DNA of 64,000 nucleotides from Candidatus Bathyarchaeota archaeon (GCA_963768425.1 CAVYHV010000014.1:96001-160000), one strand, 5' to 3'; positions 39,522-50,123 are shown, counted from the stretch's first letter. The notes: a model not told the origin generated them from the sequence alone. Translations and numbers: made by a program.

Positions 39522-41156
39522 TTATTTCATGATTGCGTCGAGATCTTCGTCAGGTGTCTTTATCGGCATTATGTTGAATTTTTCAACCAACACATTGAGT
39601 ATGCCTGGGGTTATGAATGCAGGCAGACTTGGTCCGATACGGATGTCTTTAATGCCGAGATACAGTAGCGACAGCAAAATGGCTACAGCTTTCTGTTCAT
39701 ACCATGACAGCACCAGCGAAAGCGGCAATTGGTTGATTGACACTCCAAATGCATCTGCCAACGCTTGCGCTATTTTAACGGCTGAGTAAGCGTCGTTGCA
39801 TTGTCCAATATCCAGCAGCCGCGGGATTTCGTCAATTGCGCCGAGATCTTTGTCGAAGAAACGGAATTTGCCACATGCCAACGTTAGTATGACGGTGTTT
39901 TTAGGTGCTTTCTCTACGAATTCGGTGTAGTAGCTTCTGCCTGGTTTTGCTCCATCGCATCCCCCGACCAAAATGAAGCGTTTGATGTGTCCACTCTTAA
40001 CTGACGCTATCACTTTGTCTGCTACGCTTAGCACCGCGTTTCTGCCGAACCCGACCAGAACCGTTTTGCCCTCAGCATCATCTGAAAACCCTGGGAGTTC
40101 GAGGGCTTTTTGGATTACAACTGAGAAGTCTCTGCCGCTGATATGCAGGACGCCAGGGTAACCGACTGGTCCCGAAGTGAAGATGTTACCTTTGTAACTG
40201 TCCACGGGGCGCTGGATACAGTTGGTCGTCATCAATATGGCGCCTGGAAAAGCGGCGAACTCTTTCTGCTGATTCTGCCATGCTGTCCCATAGTGACCAT
40301 AGAAATGCGCGTATTTTTTCAATCCGGGGTAGCCGTGAGTGGGCAGCATTTCGCCATGAGTGTAAACGCTTATCCCTTTACCTTCGCTTTGCTTGAGAAT
40401 CGCCTCTAAATCGATGAGGTCATGTCCCGAGACAAGAATTGCTTTGCCTTTTTTGTGTCCCAACGGCACCTTTGTAGGTGTGGGGTGCCCGTAAGTTTCG
40501 GTGTTTCCCGCGTCCAGCAACTCCATTGCGCGGACGTTGATTTCTCCGCATTTGAAAACCAAAGTTACAAAATCGTTGACTCCTAGTGCCATATCAAGGG
40601 GTGCGGCAAGTCCTTGGTTGATGAAATCGAAGACTTTATCGTCTTTTTTGCCGAGAAGCGCAGCGTGAAAAGTGTAGGCGGCAACTCCTTTTAGCCCATA
40701 GGTGAGCAGCCACTGAAGCGAGTGAAGGTCAGCGTTGACGACGGGGTCGGAATTTATTCCATATTTTTTGCCCTGCAAAATTAAGCCGGCAGTGGTTTTC
40801 TCAAGTGCCAGGTTGAATTTGGAGTTGACTACGCCTTTTATCGCGTAAAGTCTGCTTCGTAGTTGTTCTTCACGCTGGGCGGTTTTTCTGATGTAAGCGG
40901 CAATGGCTTCTGGGTCGAAGTTTACGTTTGTGAGGGTGGCGAAGAGGGCTTCGCAGGTGAAGAGGTCAGTTTCCGCGTCCCTTACTCCTGCAGCTTTGGC
41001 TTCGGTTGAAAGTTGCCCCAGCCCGCGGAGCATGTAGACAAGCAGGTCTTGAAGTGCAGCCACGTCGGATGTTTTTCCGCAGACGCCGGCAACCGTGCAG
41101 CCTTGCCCTTTGGCTGTTTGTTCACATTGATAACAGAACATTTGATTTTGACTCAT
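39522..41156 (-). CDS. hcp: hybrid cluster protein (hydroxylamine reductase)
   Basis: MFCYQCEQT..C...GVCGK, SGHD, YTHGEM, TTNC, GGCDG, GQCNDAYS, SWYEQK. Confidence 0.95.
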   Translation of the reverse strand: MSQNQMFCYQCEQTAKGQGCTVAGVCGKTSDVAALQDLLVYMLRGLGQLSTEAKAAGVRDAETDLFTCEALFATLTNVNFDPEAIAAYIRKTAQREEQLRSRLYAIKGVVNSKFNLALEKTTAGLILQGKKYGINSDPVVNADLHSLQWLLTYGLKGVAAYTFHAALLGKKDDKVFDFINQGLAAPLDMALGVNDFVTLVFKCGEINVRAMELLDAGNTETYGHPTPTKVPLGHKKGKAILVSGHDLIDLEAILKQSEGKGISVYTHGEMLPTHGYPGLKKYAHFYGHYGTAWQNQQKEFAAFPGAILMTTNCIQRPVDSYKGNIFTSGPVGYPGVLHISGRDFSVVIQKALELPGFSDDAEGKTVLVGFGRNAVLSVADKVIASVKSGHIKRFILVGGCDGAKPGRSYYTEFVEKAPKNTVILTLACGKFRFFDKDLGAIDEIPRLLDIGQCNDAYSAVKIAQALADAFGVSINQLPLSLVLSWYEQKAVAILLSLLYLGIKDIRIGPSLPAFITPGILNVLVEKFNIMPIKTPDEDLDAIMK

Positions 41157-41221
41157 ATTTTTTCCCTGCCAACATAGGGGCGGCATCCCATTTAGTCATT
41201 GTCCCGAATATTTTAGGGATT

Positions 41222-42175
41222 TCAAAACTTAGTAAAATCCACACCCAGCCGCTTCGACAATTTAGGCAAATCATTCAAAACGTAAACGAAGGCGTAACCC
41301 ATCCAGCCATCCCACCGCTTCTCCGCAATCTCCCTCAAAGCTGGGATAGCCTCCCTCGGGTCAACGGGTTTTTCGCCGTTGAAAAGGACGCTAAAGATTT
41401 TTGCGCTCCAAACATCCAGCGGAAAACCCATCCGCGGCATCACAAGCTCCGCCGAGTAATCGCCGATTCCCTTTAGGGTACGAAGCTTCTTCTTTGCTTC
41501 TTCAGGAGCCATAACCCACAAGTCATCCATGCTGGGAAAACCTTGGTTCAACGCCTCCGCAATCGCTTTGAGGTTTTTAGCTCTGTACCCAAGTTTAGCC
41601 GTCGCCATCAGCTTCTCAACCGACGCCTTCGCGATCGTTTCGGTTAAAGGCCAGTAACGCATAGTTTTTCCGTCAAAACTGGCTTTGTCGCCGAATTCTG
41701 CAATGAGTAAATCCATCATTTGATTACTCCTTTTTATTGGAGCCATCTGAAGAGTAAGGGCTAGAATCAATGCTGGAAACAGCTCAGGCCAACCCACCGT
41801 GTGCATCCCGAACAAGTCCTTGACTACGTCCCGCAGGATGTTGTCTTTATTGCTGAGTTTGTAGAATTCCTTCAAGTCTTCTTCGGTTTTCAAGGCTCGT
41901 CTCAGCATACGGGTCACGATCTGTTTTTTGGAGGCGTCAAAGGCATCTTTGGAATAAATTGTGCATTGGATTTTGGGTTTCTGCACTGTTCCCGTGGACC
42001 ACAATTTTAGACCCAAAAGTTCGCCAGAGAATCGAGTGACTGTCCAGCAGGTTCCTGCCTCGTATACTTCGTCGGGTGTAGACCACCACCAACCAGCTGG
42101 CTTACGCAAAGTAAGGTCAAAACTGTAGGGTGGAACTGGTTCGAACTCGTCAGAGAATGCTTCCTTCAAATTCAA
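41222..42175 (-). CDS. HhH-GPD DNA glycosylase (AlkA/Ogg-like)
   Basis: LGYRAK, LKGIGDYSAE, FPLDVW. Confidence 0.85.
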   Translation of the reverse strand: MNLKEAFSDEFEPVPPYSFDLTLRKPAGWWWSTPDEVYEAGTCWTVTRFSGELLGLKLWSTGTVQKPKIQCTIYSKDAFDASKKQIVTRMLRRALKTEEDLKEFYKLSNKDNILRDVVKDLFGMHTVGWPELFPALILALTLQMAPIKRSNQMMDLLIAEFGDKASFDGKTMRYWPLTETIAKASVEKLMATAKLGYRAKNLKAIAEALNQGFPSMDDLWVMAPEEAKKKLRTLKGIGDYSAELVMPRMGFPLDVWSAKIFSVLFNGEKPVDPREAIPALREIAEKRWDGWMGYAFVYVLNDLPKLSKRLGVDFTKF

Positions 42176-42235
42176 AAAGAAACCCTAAGTATTCAAGAGT
42201 ATGCTCAGATAAAAAAAGATTACACAAAAAAAGAG

Positions 42236-43393
42236 TTAGATTTTGTAGTATCTCGCGTACAGAACTATGCCTGCCGCCAAGATAGCTACGCAAGAAATCG
42301 AAACCACCGCCAAATCAACGAGGACTGCTGGTCTTGTGATTGCTGCGCCTCGGAGGAAAAGCGACGACAACGCGTTTGTGACATAGTAGCTGGGGACGAA
42401 TTTGCCTGCGACTTGAGCGCTTGAGGATAGGGATGCGCCGACAAACGTGCCTAAGAAAAGCTGGGGAAGTACGAAGAGAAAGCTTATGCCTGTTGCTGCA
42501 CCTGCGGATCTTGAGATTGTTGCTGTAATTAAGCCGAACCCAACGTTTGAAAGCGAGAATATTAACACGATTAAGAAAGCGAACGAGTATGAGGATGCTC
42601 CGACCGCAGGTCTGAAGCCTAAAGCGTACGTCATTGCGAAAACTAAGGCTGCTTGGATCAGAGCGATGCACATGTATGAAACTACTTGGCTTGCCATGAA
42701 CTCTGAAGGGGTTGTAGGCGATATTCGGATGCGTTTCATCATTCCGTTTTCCCTGTCTGTTGTGAACGATTGAGCAACCATCATTATCAGAAAGATCGAC
42801 GCAAACGTGAACATACCAGGCGCGATGTAGTCAAGTGCGGAGGTGGTTTTCGTTTCCACGAGAGATGCGGTTTGGATTTGAAAGGGGATCTGCAACTGCC
42901 GGGTTTGCCCTGCTACGGATGCGAGGGCTTGTTGGATTATTGGCGGGATCGCTTGGGTTGCAACTAAGGAGCCTTTGTCTAGATACAATTGAACCGAAGT
43001 GTTTGTCCACTTTGACGGTTCATTGGAGAATGCTTGGTAACTGGCTAGGCTGCCGCTGAAATCTGACGGAATAACAATTACTGCCTGCACATTACCTTGG
43101 GAAAGGTCGCTTTGCGCTGTCGCGTTGCTGGCGTAAACATCAAGATTGATTATTTTCGTATTAACTAGAGCTGTGACAAGTATCTGGGAAGCGTTAACGT
43201 TGCTGGCTTGGTCCATGTTGACGACGCCGATGTGGTAGCTAACTGTTTGGGCGCCGCCTACTCCGCCGAACGATGCTCCGAAAGCGAATACAAAGACTAT
43301 TGGGAAAAGGAAAATCATGAAAAGCACTGCCGGCTCGCGAATTGTCCGTTTAAGTTCCTTTTTGGCTAATGCTGCCATTCGCTGGAGTTTCAA
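42236..43393 (-). CDS. ABC-2 type exporter permease
   Basis: KE.....R, GVVNMD, DRENG...RI..SP. Confidence 0.88.
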   Translation of the reverse strand: MKLQRMAALAKKELKRTIREPAVLFMIFLFPIVFVFAFGASFGGVGGAQTVSYHIGVVNMDQASNVNASQILVTALVNTKIINLDVYASNATAQSDLSQGNVQAVIVIPSDFSGSLASYQAFSNEPSKWTNTSVQLYLDKGSLVATQAIPPIIQQALASVAGQTRQLQIPFQIQTASLVETKTTSALDYIAPGMFTFASIFLIMMVAQSFTTDRENGMMKRIRISPTTPSEFMASQVVSYMCIALIQAALVFAMTYALGFRPAVGASSYSFAFLIVLIFSLSNVGFGLITATISRSAGAATGISFLFVLPQLFLGTFVGASLSSSAQVAGKFVPSYYVTNALSSLFLRGAAITRPAVLVDLAVVSISCVAILAAGIVLYARYYKI

Positions 43394-44146
43394 TTAGGGT
43401 TCCCCCTGATGTTTCTTCCCGTGAGTTTAATGAAAAGCTCCTCAAGATTCTTGACTTGGTGTTCTGCAATGAGTGCTTCAGGCGAACCCTCCGCGATGAG
43501 TTTGCCACGGTCAATTATGCCTACGCGATCACATAGTTCCTCGGCTTCCTCCATATAATGGGTGGTTAAAACTACAGTTTTGCCCTGGTTTTTTTGGTTT
43601 TTTATGAAATCCCAGACGGCGTGGCGAGACTGCGGATCCATAGCAACGGTGGGTTCATCCAGAAACACGACTTGGGGGTCATGAATTAATGCCAAAGCCA
43701 AGCTCAGACGCCGCTTCATTCCGCCACTATATTTCGCCGCGATCCTTTTCGCGTCTTCTTTAAGATCCAAGGTGGCAAGCAGAAGTTTACTTCTTTCTTT
43801 TAGCAGCTTTCTGTTCATGCAGTGAAGGTTCCCAAATAGCTCCAGGTTTTCTGCTCCTGACAGGTAGGGATAGACGGCTGTTTCTTGTGGGCAAACCCCG
43901 ATTAACTCTTTGACTTGCCGGGTTTCCTTTTGAACGTCGTGGCTGTAGATTTTGGCTGTTCCGCCTGAGGGTTTAACGAGTCCACAGAGGATGTTTATTG
44001 TGGTAGTTTTGCCTGCGCCGTTTCCCCAACAGCCCAAATAGTTCGCCTTTGGTGACTTCCAAATTGAGGCTGTCCAGCGCAGTTTTGTCTTCGAATTTTT
44101 TGGTGAGGTTTTGGATTTCTATTGCTGGTTCCGACATTTTTGTCAT
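43390..44146 (-). CDS. ABC exporter ATP-binding protein (frameshift near 44023)
   Basis: Upstream frame MTKMSEPAIEIQNLTKKF...GELFGLLG joins NGAGKTT; YSGGM, LDEPT, TTH. Confidence 0.88.
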
Positions 44147-44275
44147 CTCAAGTTCTCAGTAGGCATTGCGGAATTTAGTTTCATGTTCAGGGGTTGCAGA
44201 AAGAAAAAGCTCTTTGTAATGCGTATAAAGGCTGTTTTCGACTAAAGTGGGTGAAAGAAAAGGACTTGCCCAGTT

Positions 44276-45172
44276 TTATGGAATGTCATCCGTCCATGTG
44301 GGGAAAATGTAACCTGTGTATAGGATATTTGGGGAAACGGCTTGTACAGTTGATTCGTTTTCTAGGCTTTCCCGAATCTCGCGCAGTTCTTTTGCGGTAG
44401 GTGTCCAAGCGAGGAAAAGGTAGTTGTTGGGTATGTTGCTGAACCCCCAATAGAAGAGCGTGTTCGGATAATGTTTCTGCCAGATGACGTTAACAGCGTT
44501 CGGGTCAGCTTCAGGTTTTAACTGAACGTGGAAAGCACTGATTATGTCGTTCGAAGCGTCTGGGTACCAATCGATAGATAACGTAATAAGATAGTTTTTT
44601 ACCATTCGATCAAGCCTACGGCGAACCGTTTTCGCTGATACACCGATTTCCTCAGCAACCGTTGAAGTTGCTTTGCGCGAGTTATCCTTCAAGGATAGAA
44701 CAATTTTGTAGTCGAGCTCACAAAGTTTCGTTTCAGGATTAAAGTTGAATAGCATGGAAGCGGGGACAGGAGAAACAGTTATTCCAACGATAGGTTCAGG
44801 CATCTGAGCGGCTTCTTTGACGAAGTGGACCAGCCTGCCTAATTCAGCTATGTTTTTCAGGTATGCGCCGATATACAGAACGTTTCCGCCGCCGAGTGCC
44901 AGCCAGTAAATGGACCCGTTCTTTTCCAGTTTTGGGTTAAGATCACGGGTCGAATTGAGTTTGGATGTTCCGAAGATTAGGATAGATATGCCGTTTTTCG
45001 CGATTAAGCTGAGTTTAGCGGTGAATTTGCGTATGATTCCAAGCTGGATTAAGGATTGAATGCGGTTGTGAACTGCGGTTACAGACAGGTTCAGTTTCTC
45101 CCCTAATTCGCGGTATGAAAGTCGGGAATCTGAGAGCAATAACTGACAAAGAATCACATCTGTCTTGTCCAA
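44276..45172 (-). CDS. Lrp/AsnC family regulator with duplicated HTH
   Basis: LDKTD..I...L..DSRLSYRELG and LDYKI..L..NSRK..AEEIGVS; TTG start at 45172. Confidence 0.85.
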   Translation of the reverse strand: MDKTDVILCQLLLSDSRLSYRELGEKLNLSVTAVHNRIQSLIQLGIIRKFTAKLSLIAKNGISILIFGTSKLNSTRDLNPKLEKNGSIYWLALGGGNVLYIGAYLKNIAELGRLVHFVKEAAQMPEPIVGITVSPVPASMLFNFNPETKLCELDYKIVLSLKDNSRKATSTVAEEIGVSAKTVRRRLDRMVKNYLITLSIDWYPDASNDIISAFHVQLKPEADPNAVNVIWQKHYPNTLFYWGFSNIPNNYLFLAWTPTAKELREIRESLENESTVQAVSPNILYTGYIFPTWTDDIP

Positions 45173-45321
45173 GAGCCGACACCTTTGCCGTCTGTTATAT
45201 TGCGGATTGCTTAAAGCCTTTAGCATTTGCTTCTTGAACTGTTGCACTTGTTTCATAAGTTTTGGAATAGAAGCAGATAAGTGGATGAAAACGGCTAAGT
45301 ATTTCCGGTGACGCAAACTAG

Positions 45322-47027
45322 GTGAAGCATAGAAAAATCTTGATTGCGACGGTTCTCATAGTAATTTTGGTTGTGTCTTTTTTTTAGCGTCTGACCTTCT
45401 TGCGCCGGCAAAACAAACCGTGGGCCCTTCAAAGCCGTTTTACGTGGGAATTGAAACAGGTTGGAACGCTACGGTTGCCGACTGCGAAGCCTTGATTGAT
45501 CAAGTTAAAGATTACATTAACATGTATATTATCGCCTCGCCGCAAGTCATCAAGAACGTGACAGAGCTTAACGAGGTGTGTGACTACGCTTATGCTGCTG
45601 GATTGTACTTTATGCCCGAGTTCTACGAACAGTTCTTTCTCAACGACACAGGATATATTCCCTCCGAATGGTTTAATGCGGCTCAAGAACGGTATGGAAG
45701 TCATTTGCTAGGCGTCTACTACTATGATGAACCAGCTGGAAGCCAACTGGACACGACTCAAATCATAAAAAACACAGTCATAACTCCAACTTCCCCAGCA
45801 AAAAGTTACCTGGACTACAGCAACTACTTCTTTTGGCTTTGGAACCATGGCAGCGGCGGCGGTTTAACACTAACTTCAAGTTACCTTAAAAATGTAAATT
45901 CTTCCCTTTTTACTTCAGACTACGGCTTGTACTGGTTCGACTTCGAACTCGGATACAACACGATTTTAGCGCAGTTCGGCTGGAACAACAGCAGACCAAT
46001 GCAGATTAGCTTAGTTAGGGGTGCGGCGGAAGCACAAAACAAAAGTTGGGGCGCAATAGTCACTTGGACATACAATGGGTCACAAAACGGGGGAACCTAC
46101 CTGGAACCGCCATCACAGATGTACAGCGACATGGTTTTGGCCTACAATAGCGGCGCATCGTACGTATCAATCTACGATTCATCACAAAACTATGTTAACA
46201 CAACGTTAACTCCTGACTACAAAAACGAATTGAAGCATTTTTGGAACTATGTCCAGCAAAACCCTGACAAACACGGCAGCCAGAAAGCTACCGTCGCAGT
46301 TGTGCTGCCTCAGGATTACGGTTTCGGCTTCCGTAGCCAAGACGATTCAGTATGGCAATACCACAGTGCAACAAGCTGGACACAGCAACTTTACATGAAC
46401 GTTACAAACCTTCTCAGCCAGTACAAATCAAGTCTAGACATTGTTTACAGTGACCCGCAGTTCCAAAGCACGATTAAAAGCGAGTACAAAAAAATCTTGT
46501 ATTGGCCGCAGGACTTTGAAAACAACGTAAACTATCAGGTTACGGACCTTAATGACAGTTTAGGGTACAACACTATCCAAGACGCCGTGTCGTCCTTCGC
46601 AACCTATGAAGGCCAAACGGTTATGGTTAATCTCGGCACGTACCAAGAAAACGTCGCCATAAACAAACCAGTAACCCTAACCACCGAAAACAAGAACGCC
46701 ACCATAATAGAAAGCAGGATGAACGGGACAGCGCTGACAATTGACGCTGACAACGTGACCGTGGCGGGATTCACGTTAAAGAACGCCGTCAGCCCTTTAC
46801 CGACGGCAGGTATTGGAATAATGCTTGAAGACGCCCATAACTGCAGCATAACGAACAACATCGTTACCGATGACTACGTGGGAATCCTTCTTGCAAACTC
46901 AAGCTACAACGTTTTCAGAAATAACGAAATCAGAAGCAACACCTTCAACCTGATTCTTCAAAATTCCGAGCCAAATAGCATCGATACTTCGAACATTGTT
47001 GATGGCAAACCATATTCCTTCGGTTAA
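45322..47027 (+). CDS. secreted protein, glycoside-hydrolase-like N-domain plus NosD/CASH beta-helix; signal peptide out of frame at T8 45378-45385
   Basis: GTG 45322 gives MKHRKILIATVLIVILVVSFF; YYDEP motif; C-terminal TIQDAV..GTYQEN..I.K and parallel beta-helix repeats. Confidence 0.7.
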
Positions 47028-47099
47028 CTAGCTTTGCCGTGCGCTCGAAAATTTACTGAAAAATGAAATTTCAATTCACAATTCAAATCAGAAAGGTCT

Positions 47100-47148
47100 C
47101 CGACCGGGGAGGTAGGTTCTTTCTTGTGTGTACAAGCCGACCGGTCGG
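47100..47148 (-). ncRNA. candidate stem-loop RNA (CCGACCGG/CCGGTCGG stem with internal hairpin)
   Basis: 8-bp GC stem, CTTGT/ACAAG inner hairpin, ACCTACCTC adjoining the 3' arm. Confidence 0.35.
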
Positions 47149-47153
47149 GTCAA

Positions 47154-47189
47154 TGTCAATACACTTTGTCAATACACTTTGTTGATACA
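47154..47189. repeat. 13-bp direct repeat TGTCAATACACTT x2 plus a degenerate third copy
   Basis: tgtcaatacactt tgtcaatacactt tgttgataca. Confidence 0.75.
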
Positions 47190-47318
47190 GCAGGCAAGCA
47201 TATGCTTTTCTAGACTTGCATTAAGATTTCGTTTTTGTCATCCCCCTTTGTTTCCCATAGAAACTCTTGTTGTAGGCATCACACAGTAACAACTTCTAAA
47301 AAGCACCCCTGAACCCCA

Positions 47319-47915
47319 TTGAGTGAGGTAAAACCTTTGAAAATTGCAATAATCGGAAAAGGCAATGTCGGCACAGCACTCAGCAAAGGCTTAAGTGGCA
47401 AGCACGAAGTGAAGTTTGGTCACCGAGACCCTGCGGAACCTGTCGCTGACGCAGCAAAATGGGGAGAAGTAATCATTTTGGCAGTACCCTACGACAACGC
47501 AGAAGACGCGATTAAAGAAGTCAAGCCTTACGCGGACGGAAAGGTTGTCATCGATGTCATGAACGCTATAGGATCGAAGATGGAGCTGAACATAAGCTGC
47601 ACGACCTCTACCGCAGAGGAAACCCAAAAGAAGCTGCCTAAGGCGCGGGTTGTCAAAGCGTTCAATACCGTTTTCGCGAGTAACCAAAACACGGGTAAAA
47701 TTGGCATGGAACAGTTGACGGCTTTTATCGCAGGCGACGATTCGAAGGCTAAACAAACGGTTGATCAACTAACGCGGGACATAGGGTTCGACCCAGTCGA
47801 CGTCGGACCTCTTAAGTCTGCGCGGTATCTTGATGCCATGGCCATAATGGTAATTAATTTGGCCTACAGCTATGGCATGGGACCAAAAATAGGCTACAAG
47901 CTGGTCAAAGCTTAA
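47319..47915 (+). CDS. F420H2:NADP+ oxidoreductase-like Rossmann protein
   Basis: IIGKGNVG, ILAVPY, VVKAFNT, GDD, D.GPL..AR. Confidence 0.88.
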   Translation: MSEVKPLKIAIIGKGNVGTALSKGLSGKHEVKFGHRDPAEPVADAAKWGEVIILAVPYDNAEDAIKEVKPYADGKVVIDVMNAIGSKMELNISCTTSTAEETQKKLPKARVVKAFNTVFASNQNTGKIGMEQLTAFIAGDDSKAKQTVDQLTRDIGFDPVDVGPLKSARYLDAMAIMVINLAYSYGMGPKIGYKLVKA

Positions 47916-48004
47916 GCTCGGGCAAAATGCTGCCGAAATAAACTATCTATTTTAACTGCGTAAGACACTTTATGATCATCACAGTCCACTATGTAGCGAA
48001 ACAA

Positions 48005-48514
48005 ATGAGTAGCGATTTTCCGAGATTTTTCGCGGTAGCCGCGATCATTGTTGTTTTGCTAGCCGTAGGCGTGCTCGGAATAATTATAGGTTATAATCTG
48101 AAACCAGCAACTTCCATCAGTGCTTCCAGCGAGAAAGCGGGCATTACGTTGGTTGTTCAAAGCGACTTAACTCTTGGCCCCGACGACCAACTGCATGACA
48201 GTTTCGTTCCCTGCAACTTCACTGTCTACGCAAAACAAGTTGTAGACCTCACCGTCGTTAATTATGACAGCGGAGAGCACTCATTTACAAGCCCAAGTTT
48301 GGGCGTGAATTTTGCGATACCGCCAAGCAACGTCACAGGGTCACCCACAGTTTCCAATTTCCAATTCACTGAAGCCAACGCAGGAGTTTACCGCTGGTAC
48401 TGCACTTACCCATGCGACACAGACGCAGGGGGCTGGGCAATGACTGCTGGCACCGACGGGCAACCTGGTCAAATCGGTTTTATGGGCGGGTTTGTTACCG
48501 TGCTACCGGGGTAA
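48005..48514 (+). CDS. membrane-anchored cupredoxin-like protein
   Basis: N-terminal TM, N.D...HSF, G.YRWYC..PC...M...G.MGG.V.V. Confidence 0.7.
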   Translation: MSSDFPRFFAVAAIIVVLLAVGVLGIIIGYNLKPATSISASSEKAGITLVVQSDLTLGPDDQLHDSFVPCNFTVYAKQVVDLTVVNYDSGEHSFTSPSLGVNFAIPPSNVTGSPTVSNFQFTEANAGVYRWYCTYPCDTDAGGWAMTAGTDGQPGQIGFMGGFVTVLPG

Positions 48515-48678
48515 GTCATCGGTCGTTTCCGAAGGATTATGATGCGGTTATACGAATGCGACCGGTAAGCATCAAAAGGAATGCGGAAAAAGTGCTCGGG
48601 AAGTTGTGTTTTGAGGGAAAAGTTTAAGGGTTAAAGTAAGTTATGGTTTGCCGTATTCCTGATCTTGAGGTTTATAGT

Positions 48679-49236
48679 TTGGCAACTAAACTTGGAACAA
48701 TTGAAGAACGCAAGGCAGAAGTCCTGATTAAACTCCGAAAATACAAGCTTATTGAAAAAGAAGCAGGCAAGTATGAAGGCGCAGTAGCATACATAATTGA
48801 TATTCCGCAGGACAAAGAAAAAGCATTAATCTGGTGTATTTTAGGCGAAGCAACCGTAGGCATAGCCGCAATGAATACCCTGTACAAAGTGATGAAAGAA
48901 AAAGAAATTGACCGCGCAATAGTCGTCACCGAAGGACGTTACACCCATGCCGTGAAGCTTGGTGCAAAAAAGAAGCAGGTTGAACTGCTACCCAAGTCTT
49001 TCCCAGTTTTCGACATTTTCGAACATGCACTTGTGCCGCTGCATGAAATCCTAAGTGAAAAAGAAAGAACCCAGCTTCTGACACAATACAAAGTTAAGCC
49101 CTACCAGATGCCACAAATAAAATCAGGCGACCCTGCAGTCAAAGCGATAGGCGCAAAACCAGGCGACGTGCTTAAAATCACGAGAAAAAGCACTACCGCT
49201 GGCGAACACATCACCTACAGATACGTGGTAGAGTAA
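48679..49236 (+). CDS. rpo5: RNA polymerase subunit H (Rpo5/RPB5) with N-terminal restriction-endonuclease-like domain
   Basis: C-terminal [16 protein letters not shown]...[31 protein letters not shown]; about 110 extra N-terminal aa. Confidence 0.9.
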   Translation: MATKLGTIEERKAEVLIKLRKYKLIEKEAGKYEGAVAYIIDIPQDKEKALIWCILGEATVGIAAMNTLYKVMKEKEIDRAIVVTEGRYTHAVKLGAKKKQVELLPKSFPVFDIFEHALVPLHEILSEKERTQLLTQYKVKPYQMPQIKSGDPAVKAIGAKPGDVLKITRKSTTAGEHITYRYVVE

Positions 49237-49331
49237 AAAAACTCAACCCCAACTCTATTTTTTGTTCGTACAAAAAAATAGTATTTGAGGCATTCTTGAT
49301 TAATAAAAAGGAATTAAACAATTTAAAAGAG

Positions 49332-49889
49332 TTATTTGGCGATCATTACTTCTGTTGACTTTACGATTGCTTCTACTTCGTCGCCTACCTTGATGTCTAA
49401 GTCCTCAACTGCATCCTTAGTTATGACGGCGGTAACAATTACGGGCATTTTTACTTCAACCTTCACTTTAGCGGTAATGACGCCTTTTTCAACGGCTACA
49501 ACTTTCCCTTTAAAACGGTTTCTTGCACTCAACTTCAAACTTTTCACCTCCACTTTTGCTGAATTAGACAAAACAGTTCCCAAATAGCTCTCAACCTGCT
49601 TATACTCAACCAGCAAACTTCGCCCTAAATCCGTCAGCTTCGCGCCGCCGCCCCCAGACTTGCCGCCCTTGTATGTTTCCAATATTGGCTGCTCAATTGT
49701 GTCCTGAATTTCTTGTAAGTAATTCCAAACGTAACGATAGGACATGCTCAAGCTTTCGGCCGCTTTTGAAATAGAGTTTTCTTTATCTACAGCTTCTAGA
49801 ATTTCTGCGCCGCCTTTGCCAATCAAAGGCTTGTCTTTGTATTCCAACCAAACTTTGCATGAGAGCTTATGTTTTTTGTCAGTTGACAT
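49332..49889 (-). CDS. modE: ModE-family regulator (wHTH + TOBE)
   Basis: SISKAA..L.MSYR..W, GGKSGGGAKLT, SARN, TAVIT...DL..GD.V.A.VKS. Confidence 0.9.
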   Translation of the reverse strand: MSTDKKHKLSCKVWLEYKDKPLIGKGGAEILEAVDKENSISKAAESLSMSYRYVWNYLQEIQDTIEQPILETYKGGKSGGGGAKLTDLGRSLLVEYKQVESYLGTVLSNSAKVEVKSLKLSARNRFKGKVVAVEKGVITAKVKVEVKMPVIVTAVITKDAVEDLDIKVGDEVEAIVKSTEVMIAK

Positions 49890-49949
49890 TCTATCATTGG
49901 TTATGTTAAGAAAACCTTATAAATCTGATTAGACGCGGTTGGAGACGTT

Positions 49950-50123
49950 TCAGATTTTTCTCTTAGCCTTTATTCCGCCTAAGCAAATTATGGTGCCTGC
50001 GGCTCCTCCACTTAGAATCGGAAGCACATGGGAATTTGTGCCTCCAAAAACTATTGAAGATGCAACAATCACCACAGCCCAAATTAACACAACCCCGATA
50101 ACTACGACACGAAACCTCTCCAA
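49950..50123 (-). CDS. 57-aa two-TM membrane protein between tupC and modE
   Basis: Hand translation MERFRVVVIGVVLIWAVVIVASSIVFGGTNSHVLPILSGGAAGTIICLGGIKAKRKI; GAAGG upstream. Confidence 0.55.
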   Translation of the reverse strand: MERFRVVVIGVVLIWAVVIVASSIVFGGTNSHVLPILSGGAAGTIICLGGIKAKRKI

